Shown piece by piece: positions 28,337-37,885 of a stretch of DNA of 64,000 nucleotides (within the stretch, counting starts at the first letter, position 1; the number at the start of each line of letters is the position of its first letter). Source of the DNA: Armatimonadota bacterium (GTDB lineage Bacteria; Armatimonadota; SYMT01); NCBI GenBank assembly GCA_041690135.1, contig JAWLHY010000008.1:1-64000 (forward strand), in the 5' to 3' direction. The notes under the pieces are model-generated. The model made no database searches and was not told the DNA's origin. It saw nothing but the letters and a program-made list of their open reading frames with translations. The translations under genes and the position numbers were made by a program.

Positions 28337-28984
28337 TTACCCCCTCTCGCTCGCGCGCGACCGCCGTTCCGGTTCGCGCCGCCCTTCGGAACCCCACTGG
28401 CGCCGGATGATCCTCCAGAGGAACGCCCCCACGATGATCGCGACGACGCCGTAGGTGACGGGATCCAGGTACTGCTGGACAGCGCCGTAGTTCTGGCCGA
28501 GGATCCGGCCCGCGTAAGCCAGCAGCGCCGTCCACAACCCCGCACCCAAGGTAGTGAGGAGCAAAAAGAGCGGAAGGCTCATCCCATTGGCACCCGCCGG
28601 AATGGAGATAATCGACCGGACGGCCGGAACCAGGCGGCAAAAGAACACGACGACGGTCCCGTGACGGTCGAACCACGCGTTGGCCCGATCAATGTCCTCC
28701 GGAGAGACGGCCACCCAGTGGCCGTACCGGTCCGCCCAGTCTCTCAGGCGGTCAATACCGATCCAGGCGCCCAGGTAATACAGCGGTAGTGCGCCCAGCA
28801 CGGCACCGGCTGTTCCGGCCAGGATCACTCCCCAGAAGGAAAGGTCCCCGCGGGTGGCGACCATCCCGGCAAACGGCATGATCAACTCGCTCGGAATGGG
28901 CGGGAAGATGTTCTCGATGAACATCAAGAGAAGGATTCCCACGTAACCGAAGCTGCGGATCATATCCGTGATCCAATCGACCAT
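28337..28984 (-). CDS. DedA family membrane protein
   Basis: ENIFPPIPSELIMPFAG, FCRLVPAVRSIISIPAG. Confidence 0.93.
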   Translation of the reverse strand: MVDWITDMIRSFGYVGILLLMFIENIFPPIPSELIMPFAGMVATRGDLSFWGVILAGTAGAVLGALPLYYLGAWIGIDRLRDWADRYGHWVAVSPEDIDRANAWFDRHGTVVVFFCRLVPAVRSIISIPAGANGMSLPLFLLLTTLGAGLWTALLAYAGRILGQNYGAVQQYLDPVTYGVVAIIVGAFLWRIIRRQWGSEGRREPERRSRASERG

Positions 28985-29126
28985 CGCCCCTCCCGGAAGC
29001 CGCTTCGTGCGGCCCCGCCCATCGTGGCGTACCGCAGCCCCTCTTACCCGCTCTGGCTCCATGGCACACGCCAACCGCAGCGTTTGCCTATTGGGCGCTC
29101 CCGGTATTACGCGGTGGAGGGAGCCT

Positions 29127-30209
29127 ATGCAAGCAGAGGAACAGACACCCGCGGGTTCTCCGGAAACGCTCCGGGTGATGACGTTCAACATCCTGTTCCG
29201 CTCGGCGCGGAACCCGGCAGGGTCCTGGTCGGAGCGCCGCTCGGAGGTACTGCGGATCATTCGCGAGTTGCAGCCGGACGTAGTCGGCATCCAGGAAGCC
29301 ATGGACGATCAGCTTCGGGACCTGAGGAATGGTCTTCCCGAGTACGAGATCATCCCCGGTCATCGCACGGGACGCAGCAAGCTGCCCTTCTGGTCCGCGA
29401 CGCTGAGCCCTGCCCTGTTTGGCGCGGGTTGGGCGGTAAGCCGGAACCGGGAGGAGAGCACGGTTGCTCGCATCGCCGGTCCGGCCCTCTTCCTGGGCGC
29501 CGCGCTTCCTCTGGGCGCCGCGCTGGCGGGCTGGACGGCCAGCGGCGCCGCGTTGGTCAAGGGCGCCTTTTGCCCCATCCTATACCGCCGGGACCGCTTG
29601 CGCCTGCTCTCCAGTTCCGATGTCTGGCTTTCCGAGAAGCCTGACGATCCATTGACGCTGCTGTTGGGGACCTGGATTCCGCGTGTGGCAAACCGGGCGC
29701 GCCTGGCCACCCTGGACGGAGAACACGAGTTCACGTTTTACAACGCGCACATCGACTACATGCCGTACGTGACGGACGGGAGCCTGGAAAAGCTTCGCCG
29801 AGTAACGGATGAGGATTGGGATGGGTCGCTCCAGGTCCTGGTGGGAGACTTCAACAACGATCTGGATAGCCGGGAGTGCGCCTATCTGACGGAGCCCGAC
29901 GGAACTGGTGTGGAAGCTCCTGGATTTCAAAGCGCCTGGTGCGAGGCGCAAAAGCGGATCGGTCCCGAAATCACCCTGCACCATGGGTTAGGTCTGGAGA
30001 GCCCGAAGCAGGAGCGAGCGGACCACATCATGTGCCGGCCCGTCCCGGAGATCTTGCAGGCGGTCACGGTGGAAGATCACTCGGACAGTTGCTATCCTTC
30101 GGATCACTTCCCGCTGGTTACGGATTTCCGGTTGGCGCGGGCCGCGCAGGCTGAGGAGGGTGGGTTGGAGACGGAACGGGAAAGGGAGGCGCTGCCGCGA
30201 GCCGCGTAG
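29127..30209 (+). CDS. Endonuclease/exonuclease/phosphatase family protein with a hydrophobic insertion
   Basis: VMTFNI, DVVGIQE, NAHID, GDFN, DHI, SDHFP; GGAGG RBS. Confidence 0.88.
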   Translation: MQAEEQTPAGSPETLRVMTFNILFRSARNPAGSWSERRSEVLRIIRELQPDVVGIQEAMDDQLRDLRNGLPEYEIIPGHRTGRSKLPFWSATLSPALFGAGWAVSRNREESTVARIAGPALFLGAALPLGAALAGWTASGAALVKGAFCPILYRRDRLRLLSSSDVWLSEKPDDPLTLLLGTWIPRVANRARLATLDGEHEFTFYNAHIDYMPYVTDGSLEKLRRVTDEDWDGSLQVLVGDFNNDLDSRECAYLTEPDGTGVEAPGFQSAWCEAQKRIGPEITLHHGLGLESPKQERADHIMCRPVPEILQAVTVEDHSDSCYPSDHFPLVTDFRLARAAQAEEGGLETEREREALPRAA

Positions 30210-30249
30210 AACGGGTAACCCGTTGGACGAGACTTCGCGGGAGTTGTGA

Positions 30250-31848
30250 ATGACGCGCCGTTGCCTTTTTCCCCTGCTGTTGGTTGCGACCGGATTGCTG
30301 TTCGGTAGCGTCCGCGCGGAGGATCCGGACCTGATCCTCCGCGGCGGGCGCGTGATCGATGGAACAGGTAATCCGGCCTACTTTGCCGACGTCGCGGTCC
30401 GGAACGGCCGGATCGTCGCCATCGGTCGGGACCTCCCGGGGAACGGCCAGGTGCTCGACGCGCGGGGGCTGGTGGTGGCGCCGGGGTTTATTGACGTGCA
30501 CACCCACGCCGAGAACCTGGCGGAGATCCCGCGGGCCGAGAATTTCGTCCGCATGGGCGTGACCTCCATCGTGACCGGGAACTGCGGCGGCTCGGCGCTG
30601 AACGTGGACCGCTTCTTCCGCGAGGCGGAGGCCGCCAAGGTCGCGGTGAACGTCGCCACGCTGTTCGGCCACAACACCGCCCGGCGGGCAGCGATGGGCG
30701 GAGCCTTCCGCCGGGAGCCGACCGGGCCGGAGATGGCGCGGATGCAAGAGCTTGTCGAGCAGGCGATGAAGGACGGCGCCGTTGGCCTCTCCACGGGCCT
30801 GATCTACACCCCGGGAACCTACAGTAAGACGGAAGAGATCATCCCCCTCGCCCGGGTCGCCGCGAAGTATGATGGCATCTACGCCAGCCACATGCGCAGC
30901 GAGTCGACGGGTATCTTCGACGCGCTTCAGGAACTCTTTCGGATCGCCCGCGAGGCCGGCATCCGCGCGGACATCTCGCATCTGAAGCTTTCCGGCAATG
31001 CCGCGTGGGGCAAGTCCGACCGGGTGCTGGCGGCGATCGAGCAGGCACGCGCCGAAGGGCTGGACATCACTCACGATCAGTACGCCTACACGGCCTCGAG
31101 CACCGGCATCTCCACACTGATCCCTTCGGAATACCGCGAAGGTGGCGGCGACGACTTCCGGAAACGGCTGGCGGATCCGGCGAAGAAGGCGGAGATCGTG
31201 ACCGCCATGAAGGACAGCCTGAAGCGCTCGGGTCGTAAGGACTACAGTTACGCCGTTATCGCCAGTTACCGCACCGACCGGTCCCTCAACGGCAAGCGGG
31301 TCCCCGAGGCAGCCCGGATCAAGCGCGGCTCCGACTCGCTGGATGACCAGATCGAGCTGGTCCTGGAGATCCAGCAGAACGGGGGCGCGAGCGGTGTGTT
31401 CCACGGGATGAGCGAAGAGGACCTCCAGGCTTTCATGCGCCACCCGCACACCATGGTCGCTTCGGACGGTGGTCCGCGGGTGAATAACGACACGGTGCCG
31501 CACCCCCGCAGTTACGGCAACAACGCGCGGGTTCTCGGTCGATACGTGCGCGAGCTCAAGGTGCTTCGGCTGGAAGAGGCCGTCCGCAAGATGACCTCCT
31601 TGCCCGCAACGACCTTCCGTTTGAAGGACCGCGGCCTGGTGCGAGAGGGGGCGTGGGCCGACCTGGTGGTGTTCGATCCGGCGAAGGTCCGCGACGTGGC
31701 CACCTTCGAGGACCCGCACCACCACGCCGAGGGGATGGTCCACGTGCTCGTCAACGGGGTGCCCGTCGTGCGTGGTGGCGAGCAGACCGGCGCGGGTCCC
31801 GGCAAGGCCCTCCGCCACATCCCGGCCGCGGGTTTGGCCACTCGCTAA
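30250..31848 (+). CDS. Secreted N-acyl-D-amino-acid deacylase
   Basis: Signal peptide; PGFIDVHTH, SHMRSE, HPRSYG, ADLVVFDP. Confidence 0.9.
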   Translation: MTRRCLFPLLLVATGLLFGSVRAEDPDLILRGGRVIDGTGNPAYFADVAVRNGRIVAIGRDLPGNGQVLDARGLVVAPGFIDVHTHAENLAEIPRAENFVRMGVTSIVTGNCGGSALNVDRFFREAEAAKVAVNVATLFGHNTARRAAMGGAFRREPTGPEMARMQELVEQAMKDGAVGLSTGLIYTPGTYSKTEEIIPLARVAAKYDGIYASHMRSESTGIFDALQELFRIAREAGIRADISHLKLSGNAAWGKSDRVLAAIEQARAEGLDITHDQYAYTASSTGISTLIPSEYREGGGDDFRKRLADPAKKAEIVTAMKDSLKRSGRKDYSYAVIASYRTDRSLNGKRVPEAARIKRGSDSLDDQIELVLEIQQNGGASGVFHGMSEEDLQAFMRHPHTMVASDGGPRVNNDTVPHPRSYGNNARVLGRYVRELKVLRLEEAVRKMTSLPATTFRLKDRGLVREGAWADLVVFDPAKVRDVATFEDPHHHAEGMVHVLVNGVPVVRGGEQTGAGPGKALRHIPAAGLATR

Positions 31849-31882
31849 CGGCAAAACTGTTTTGGAAAGAGATCGGCAATAG

Positions 31883-33667
31883 ATGCGAGATAGTGCGGGC
31901 ACCCAAACCACTCAAGCGCGGGCGGATCGCCGACTTCCTGCGGACACCGTCCCCCGTTATCGTCGTTGGGGGGCGGCAGCGGCGCTGACCGCACTGGCCG
32001 CAGTGGCTTTACCGGTTTCCCGGCCCGCATCGGGACAGGTGGGTCCCGTGTACGCGCCCCACGGCATGGTCGCATCTTCCAGCGAGATTGCCTCGCGGGT
32101 TGGGGCGGACGTTCTCAAGCGGGGAGGCAACGCGGTGGATGCTGCGGTGGCGGTGGGCCTGGCCCTGGCGGTGACCTACCCCACGGCGGGGAACCTGGGC
32201 GGCGGCGGCTTCATGGTGGTGCGGATGGCGGACGGGCGCGCGGCTGCCCTGGACTTCCGCGAAATGGCGCCCGCCCGAGCGCACCGGGACATGTACCTCG
32301 ATCCGAAGACGAAGGAGGTCCTCCCAGAAGCCTCCACGGTGGGCTACCTGGCCGCCGGGGTACCGGGTACCGTGGCTGGCATGGCGCTTGCGCGGGACCG
32401 GTACGGCACGCGGAAGTGGGCCGACCTGGTGGAGCCGGCTCGGAAGCTGGCGGTGCGCGGGTTTCCCGTGAGCCACGATCTCGCCGCGGAGTTGAAGGCG
32501 CACCCGCGCCTTGCCCGGTTCGCGGAAAGCCGCCGGGTCTTCCAGCGGAACGGGAAGTTTTACGAGCCGGGTGAGACCTTCCGGCAGCCTGACCTCGCCG
32601 CCACCCTCGGTCGCATCCAGCGAGTGGGACCGAGTGAGTTCTACCAGGGGAAGACGGCCCGCTTGCTGGCGGAAGACATGCAGCGCCACGGCGGACTGAT
32701 CTCCCTGGAGGACCTGAAGAGCTACCGGCCCGTGGTCCGCACGCCGCTCCGGGGGACCTACCGCGGTTACGAGATCGTGACGATGCCCCCTCCCAGCTCT
32801 GGCGGCATCGCTCTGCTGGAGATGCTGAATCTGCTGGAGCCCCTGGGTCTCCGCGCGATGGGTCACAGTTCGTCCCGCAAGTACCACGCTCTGGTCGAGG
32901 TGATGCGGCGAGCCTTTGCGGACCGGGCGGAACATCTCGGCGATCCCGATTTCGTGCGCGTCCCTACCGCCGGTCTCACCTCCAAACGGTACGCGTCCGA
33001 CCTGTTCAAGACGATCGACTGGGACCGCGCCACTCCCAGCGCGCGGGTCAAGGCCGGCGCTCCCGCCCGGTACGAGTCGCTCCAGACGACGCACTACAGC
33101 GTGGTGGACCGGGCGGGGAACGCCGTCTCCACTACCTACACCCTCAACGCGGGGTACGGCAGCGGCGCCACGGTGACCGGCGCCGGCTTCCTGCTGAACA
33201 ACGAGATGGACGATTTCACTTCCAAGCCGGGGTCACCCAATCAGTTCGGGCTTCTCCAGGGCGAAGCAAACGCGATCCAACCACGGAAACGTCCACTGTC
33301 CTCGATGACCCCGACGATCGTGCTCCGGGAAGGGAAACTCCGGTTCGTCACCGGGAGCCCGGGTGGTCCCACGATCATCAACACGGTGCTCCAGACCGTG
33401 ATCAACGTCGTGGATCACGACATGAACCTGCAGCAGGCCGTCGCCGCCCCGCGCATTCACCACCAGTGGATGCCGGACGAGATCCGCCACGAGCCCTATG
33501 GGTTGGCAGCCGATGTCCGGGCCGCGCTGGAGAAGATGGGGCACCGCTTCGCCCCCTCCGCCCGGTATATCGGCGACGTGCAGACCGTGGCGGTGGATCC
33601 GAAGACCGGCTGGCGGATGGGCGCCTCCGACCCCCGCAGCCCGGACGGCGGCGCCGTGGGTCATTAA
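31883..33667 (+). CDS. ggt: Gamma-glutamyltransferase
   Basis: GGNAVDAA, DFRE, PPPSSGG, TTHYSVVD autoprocessing Thr, NNEMDDF, RPLSSMTP, GSPGG. Confidence 0.96.
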   Translation: MRDSAGTQTTQARADRRLPADTVPRYRRWGAAAALTALAAVALPVSRPASGQVGPVYAPHGMVASSSEIASRVGADVLKRGGNAVDAAVAVGLALAVTYPTAGNLGGGGFMVVRMADGRAAALDFREMAPARAHRDMYLDPKTKEVLPEASTVGYLAAGVPGTVAGMALARDRYGTRKWADLVEPARKLAVRGFPVSHDLAAELKAHPRLARFAESRRVFQRNGKFYEPGETFRQPDLAATLGRIQRVGPSEFYQGKTARLLAEDMQRHGGLISLEDLKSYRPVVRTPLRGTYRGYEIVTMPPPSSGGIALLEMLNLLEPLGLRAMGHSSSRKYHALVEVMRRAFADRAEHLGDPDFVRVPTAGLTSKRYASDLFKTIDWDRATPSARVKAGAPARYESLQTTHYSVVDRAGNAVSTTYTLNAGYGSGATVTGAGFLLNNEMDDFTSKPGSPNQFGLLQGEANAIQPRKRPLSSMTPTIVLREGKLRFVTGSPGGPTIINTVLQTVINVVDHDMNLQQAVAAPRIHHQWMPDEIRHEPYGLAADVRAALEKMGHRFAPSARYIGDVQTVAVDPKTGWRMGASDPRSPDGGAVGH

Positions 33668-33766
33668 CGCGTTGCCTACCAGGCTGGTTTCGGTGTCCAA
33701 AGCTCGCTCATTGCCAGGGATCCCGTAACCTCTGGCTCCTGAACTAACGGGATGATCTCAGCCAGC

Positions 33767-34001
33767 GCACCGGTAGGATGTAGGGCAGGCTCTCGGATGC
33801 CTGCCTCGTCCTGGGTTAGAACCGGTCGTGCCGTGTGGCACTCCGCACCGTCGATAGGTGAGAGGATTGTATTGCATGGACCGGTTCCGCTGGTGTGCTC
33901 CTTTGTACTCGCGGCGTGCCGGGGCCTCATCCCACACGGCACGACGGGTGTTTGCCCAAGGCCAGGCGGGGACGGAGATCCCGCCTTACATCTACCGGTG
34001 C
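33767..34001. repeat. REPIN-like inverted repeat element
   Basis: gcaccggtaggatgtagggcagg pairs with cccgccttacatctaccggtgc; internal gtcgtgccgtgtgg pairs with ccacacggcacgac. Confidence 0.75.
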
Positions 34002-34089
34002 AAATACAAGGCTTATGTCGTCCACCACTAGCCAGTTCAGCCGCGGGGCGGAGGGGGGCGTTGACAACCGGATCCCTGTATCAGGTGAC

Positions 34090-34809
34090 CTATCGGATTT
34101 GCGGAACCTCTTGTCCCAGCGCAAGCCCCCGGATGTTCTGCGACATCTGCTGTAGGCGATAAGTCAGCTTTCGCTCGCCACGCTGCGACTCCGGGCAGGG
34201 GAGGTTCTGGTCGAGAGGAACAAGCTCCCAGCCCCGTCGCAGTGCCCGAGCCATGAGGAAGGGTCGCCAGCCCCAGCCGAGGTCGTTCGGCGCACCAGCG
34301 AGCTCCTCCGCCAGTTCCCGGCGCAGCAGAAACGGACCGTAGACATAGTCCGCCTGCTGTCCCAGCACCTCCCCGAAGAGCTCGTTGGTGAGTCGTTCCG
34401 TCAACTGCTGCTCGGAGGGAAAGGTCGCGAAGCTCTCCGGGCTTCTTGACGGCATCACAAGTCCCACTGCTTCACCGGCGTTCTCGGCGAAGGCGAGCAC
34501 GTTGGGCAGGCGGTGCTCGAAGAACCATCCCTTGTCCGGCTCCGTGTACAGGATCCACTTCGCGCCGTGTTCGTGGGCCGCCTTGAGCGATCCGCGCACC
34601 TGGGCCAGCGGACCGGGACTGGGTTCGTAGGGTACCAGTTCCAGGTGTGGAAGCCCCGTAAGGCGTGCGGCGAACTCCGGCGTGGAACGCCCGTGCGCGC
34701 TGTAGATCGGCCGGCCATACCTGGATAGAGCCTGAAGGGAATCGTGAACGAGCGCCTCTTCTTCCTCATCCAGGGCGCGACTCATCGTCGCCGTTGCAAA
34801 CGAAAGCAT
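34090..34809 (-). CDS. Hypothetical protein (possibly GT-A-like)
   Basis: 239-aa ORF abutting pgl; WILYTEPDK and YGP motifs are only loosely GT-A-like. Confidence 0.65.
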   Translation of the reverse strand: MLSFATATMSRALDEEEEALVHDSLQALSRYGRPIYSAHGRSTPEFAARLTGLPHLELVPYEPSPGPLAQVRGSLKAAHEHGAKWILYTEPDKGWFFEHRLPNVLAFAENAGEAVGLVMPSRSPESFATFPSEQQLTERLTNELFGEVLGQQADYVYGPFLLRRELAEELAGAPNDLGWGWRPFLMARALRRGWELVPLDQNLPCPESQRGERKLTYRLQQMSQNIRGLALGQEVPQIR

Positions 34810-34820
34810 CGTGCGGGTAC

Positions 34821-35900
34821 TCAGGCGATTGCAAGCATCTTGAAGCAGATGGGGGCCGGGGCCTGCTGCACCGGGCCGGTGGGAGTCAGGTTTCCCGTCT
34901 CGGCATCGACCCGGCAGACGTGGAAGTTATCGGAATTCTGATTGCCGATAACCATCCAACGCCCCGAAGGGTCGAATTTGAAGTTCCGCGGCCACTTTCC
35001 GCCGGAGGGATAATGGCCGCGAGCCGTCAGACGGCCGCTGGCGGGGTCGATGCCGTAGATGGCCAGAGTGTCGTGACCACGGTTCGAACCGTACAGGATG
35101 CGTCCGTTGGGGTGAACCAGGATCTCCGAGGGATAGTTTTCCTCAGTGAAGCCGCCGGGGAGGGTGGTAATCGTCTGGATCTCCTGGAGGGTGCCGTGTT
35201 CCGCGTCGTAAGCGAATGCCGTCACCGTTGAGTCCAGCTCGTTGATGACGTACGCATACTTCCCGTTCGGGTGGAACGCGAGGTGGCGTGGTCCCGCTCC
35301 CGGCTTGAGCGGCGCCGAGGAGGGTTCGTTCGGGGAAAGCACGCCCTTTTCCGGGTCGAAGTGGTAGACCAGCACCTTATCGACGCCGAGATCCACGGCC
35401 AACGCGAACCGGTTGTTGCTGTCGAGATTGATCGAATGGGCGTGCGGCCCCTCCTGGCGCTCGGGGTTTATGCTGGAGCCAACGTGCTGGAATACGGAGG
35501 ACGCCGGGCGCAGTTGCCCCTCCGCGTCCAGGGGCAGGCAGGCCACGCTCCCGCCCATGTAGTTGGCGACCAGGACGTTCTTCCCAGTACGGTCGACCAC
35601 CACATGGCACGGCCCCGCGCCTCCGGATGGCTGCTGATTCAGCAGGGTCAGCGCACCGGTGCGTGCATCCAGGGCGAAAGCGCTGATGGCCCCAGTTCGC
35701 TCCCCCCGGAACTCGCCGATGGCGTTGACGGCGTAGAGCCGCTGCCCATTGGGATGGATGGCCAGGAAGGTGGGGTTGGCGGCTTCGGCCGCCAGGGCGA
35801 AGTCCTCAACGCTGCCGGTCGCATCGTCGAACCGGAACCGGTAAATCCCTTTGCTATCTCCGCTGGTGCTGGTGCCCACGAAAACCCAGAATTGTGCCAT
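34821..35900 (-). CDS. pgl: 6-phosphogluconolactonase (YbhE-type beta-propeller)
   Basis: ANYMGG, RQEGPHAH, GAGPRHLAFHP, SNRGHD, GKWPRNF. Confidence 0.88.
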   Translation of the reverse strand: MAQFWVFVGTSTSGDSKGIYRFRFDDATGSVEDFALAAEAANPTFLAIHPNGQRLYAVNAIGEFRGERTGAISAFALDARTGALTLLNQQPSGGAGPCHVVVDRTGKNVLVANYMGGSVACLPLDAEGQLRPASSVFQHVGSSINPERQEGPHAHSINLDSNNRFALAVDLGVDKVLVYHFDPEKGVLSPNEPSSAPLKPGAGPRHLAFHPNGKYAYVINELDSTVTAFAYDAEHGTLQEIQTITTLPGGFTEENYPSEILVHPNGRILYGSNRGHDTLAIYGIDPASGRLTARGHYPSGGKWPRNFKFDPSGRWMVIGNQNSDNFHVCRVDAETGNLTPTGPVQQAPAPICFKMLAIA

Positions 35901-36017
35901 AGTCCTGCCCTCCTCCCCTAACACTTGGATGCCTCACGCGAACCCACCTTCGGTCTAACGGCCGGTGCGCGGTTTCTGCTATCATCTGAGAACTCGTACT
36001 TCGCAGGACTCTTTTCC

Positions 36018-37703
36018 ATGGCCATCAGCGATACCATCAAGAAGGGCGTGATTCGCGCCCCGCACCGCTCCCTCCTCCGCGCCACCGGCGTCGTGCAGTC
36101 GGAGGCCGACTTCGACAAACCGTTCATCGCCGTCGCCAACTCGTTCGTGCAGATCGTGCCCGGCCACGCCCACCTCGACGTGGTAGGCCGTAAGGTCCGG
36201 CAGGCAATCCGGGACGCGGGCGGCGTTCCCTTCGAGTTCAACACCATCGGCGTGGATGACGGCATCGCGATGGGCCACATCGGGATGAAGTACAGTCTCG
36301 CTTCGCGTGAACTGATCGCCGACTGCGTGGAGACCATGCTGCGGGCGCACTGCTTCGATGGCGTGGTCTGTATCCCCAACTGCGACAAGATCGTCCCCGG
36401 CATGATGATGGCCGCGGCGCGGGTCAATATCCCCGCGATCTTCGTGAGCGGCGGGCCGATGAACGCCGGCAAGACATCGAAGGGCGAGGTCATCGATCTC
36501 GCGACGGTCTTCGAAGCGGTCGGAAAGGTCTCAGCGAACCGCCTTTCGCTGGAAGAACTGACGGATATCGAGCAGAACGCCTGCCCGACCTGTGGTTCGT
36601 GCTCCGGCATGTTCACGGCGAACTCGATGAACTGCCTCTGCGAGGCGCTGGGGTTGGCGCTCCCCGGCAACGGCTCCATCCTCGCGACCGATCCGGGGCG
36701 GGACCGGCTGTTCCAGGCCGCCGGCCAGGCGATCGTTCAACTCGTGGAGAGGAACATCCGGCCACGGGATATCCTCACGCCCGCGGCCTTTGAGAACGCC
36801 TTTGCCCTGGACGTGGCGATGGGGGGCAGCACGAACACCGTGCTCCACACCCTGGCGGTAGCCATCGAGGCCGGCACGCCGTTCGACCTCCGCCACCTCA
36901 ACGAGGTCTCGGCGCGTGTGCCCTACCTGTGTAAGGTCGCCCCCGCCGGCAAGTACCACATGGAAGACGTGGACCGCGCCGGCGGCATCAGCGCAATCCT
37001 AAAGACCCTGGCCGGCAAGCCGGGGACGCTGAACCTGGACTGCATTACCGTCACCGGCCGCACGCTGGGCGAGAACATCGCCGAGGCGGAAGTGAAGGAT
37101 CCGGACGTTATCCGGCCGCTCGACAATCCGTATTCGGAGCGGGGCGGGCTGGCGGTCCTGTTCGGCAATCTCGCCCCGAACGGCGCCGTGTTGAAGACCG
37201 GAGCGGTGGCGCCCAGCATGCACCGGTTCGCCGGGCCGGCGGTCATCTTCGAATCGGAAGAAGCCGCCGCCCAGGGCGTGCTGGAAGGCCAGGTGAAGAG
37301 CGGGGACGTGGTCGTGATCCGCTACGAAGGCCCGCGCGGCGGGCCCGGAATGCAAGAGATGCTGGCGCCCACGGCCAACATCATGGGCCGCGGGCTGGGG
37401 GAGTCGGTCGCCCTGATCACCGACGGTCGCTTTAGCGGCGCCACCCGCGGCGCCTGTATCGGCCACGTCTCCCCGGAAGCGGCGGCGGGTGGCCCGATCG
37501 CCCTGGTCGAGCCCGGCGACACCATCGCCATCGATATCCCGAACCGCTCCTTGACCCTCTGCATCAGCGACGAGGAACTGGAGCAGCGCCGCGCCGCCTG
37601 GAAGCGCCCCGCCCCCAAGGTCAATCATGGCTACCTGGCGCGTTATGCCGCCCAGGTGACCAGCGCCGACACGGGCGCCGTCCTGGCAACGCCGGAACTC
37701 TAA
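36018..37703 (+). CDS. ilvD: Dihydroxy-acid dehydratase
   Basis: [54 protein letters not shown]. Confidence 0.97.
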   Translation: MAISDTIKKGVIRAPHRSLLRATGVVQSEADFDKPFIAVANSFVQIVPGHAHLDVVGRKVRQAIRDAGGVPFEFNTIGVDDGIAMGHIGMKYSLASRELIADCVETMLRAHCFDGVVCIPNCDKIVPGMMMAAARVNIPAIFVSGGPMNAGKTSKGEVIDLATVFEAVGKVSANRLSLEELTDIEQNACPTCGSCSGMFTANSMNCLCEALGLALPGNGSILATDPGRDRLFQAAGQAIVQLVERNIRPRDILTPAAFENAFALDVAMGGSTNTVLHTLAVAIEAGTPFDLRHLNEVSARVPYLCKVAPAGKYHMEDVDRAGGISAILKTLAGKPGTLNLDCITVTGRTLGENIAEAEVKDPDVIRPLDNPYSERGGLAVLFGNLAPNGAVLKTGAVAPSMHRFAGPAVIFESEEAAAQGVLEGQVKSGDVVVIRYEGPRGGPGMQEMLAPTANIMGRGLGESVALITDGRFSGATRGACIGHVSPEAAAGGPIALVEPGDTIAIDIPNRSLTLCISDEELEQRRAAWKRPAPKVNHGYLARYAAQVTSADTGAVLATPEL

Positions 37704-37710
37704 TTTCCCC

Positions 37711-37750
37711 GCCGGGGGAGTGCTCTGCGAAAGATCAACACTCCCCCGGC
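37711..37750. terminator. Hairpin downstream of ilvD
   Basis: gccgggggagtg/cactcccccggc 12-bp stem, no U tract. Confidence 0.4.
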
Positions 37751-37885
37751 CTGGGAACGGCAACCCTGGAAGTAATGCGGCCCGCCGAAGACGAAGAAAC
37801 TATCGTCATCTTCGACCTCTCTCAGTGCAAGAGGTCCGGGCACCGTAGAGAGCATCCGGAGCGAAGTGTTTCCAGGAGTTCGGGT

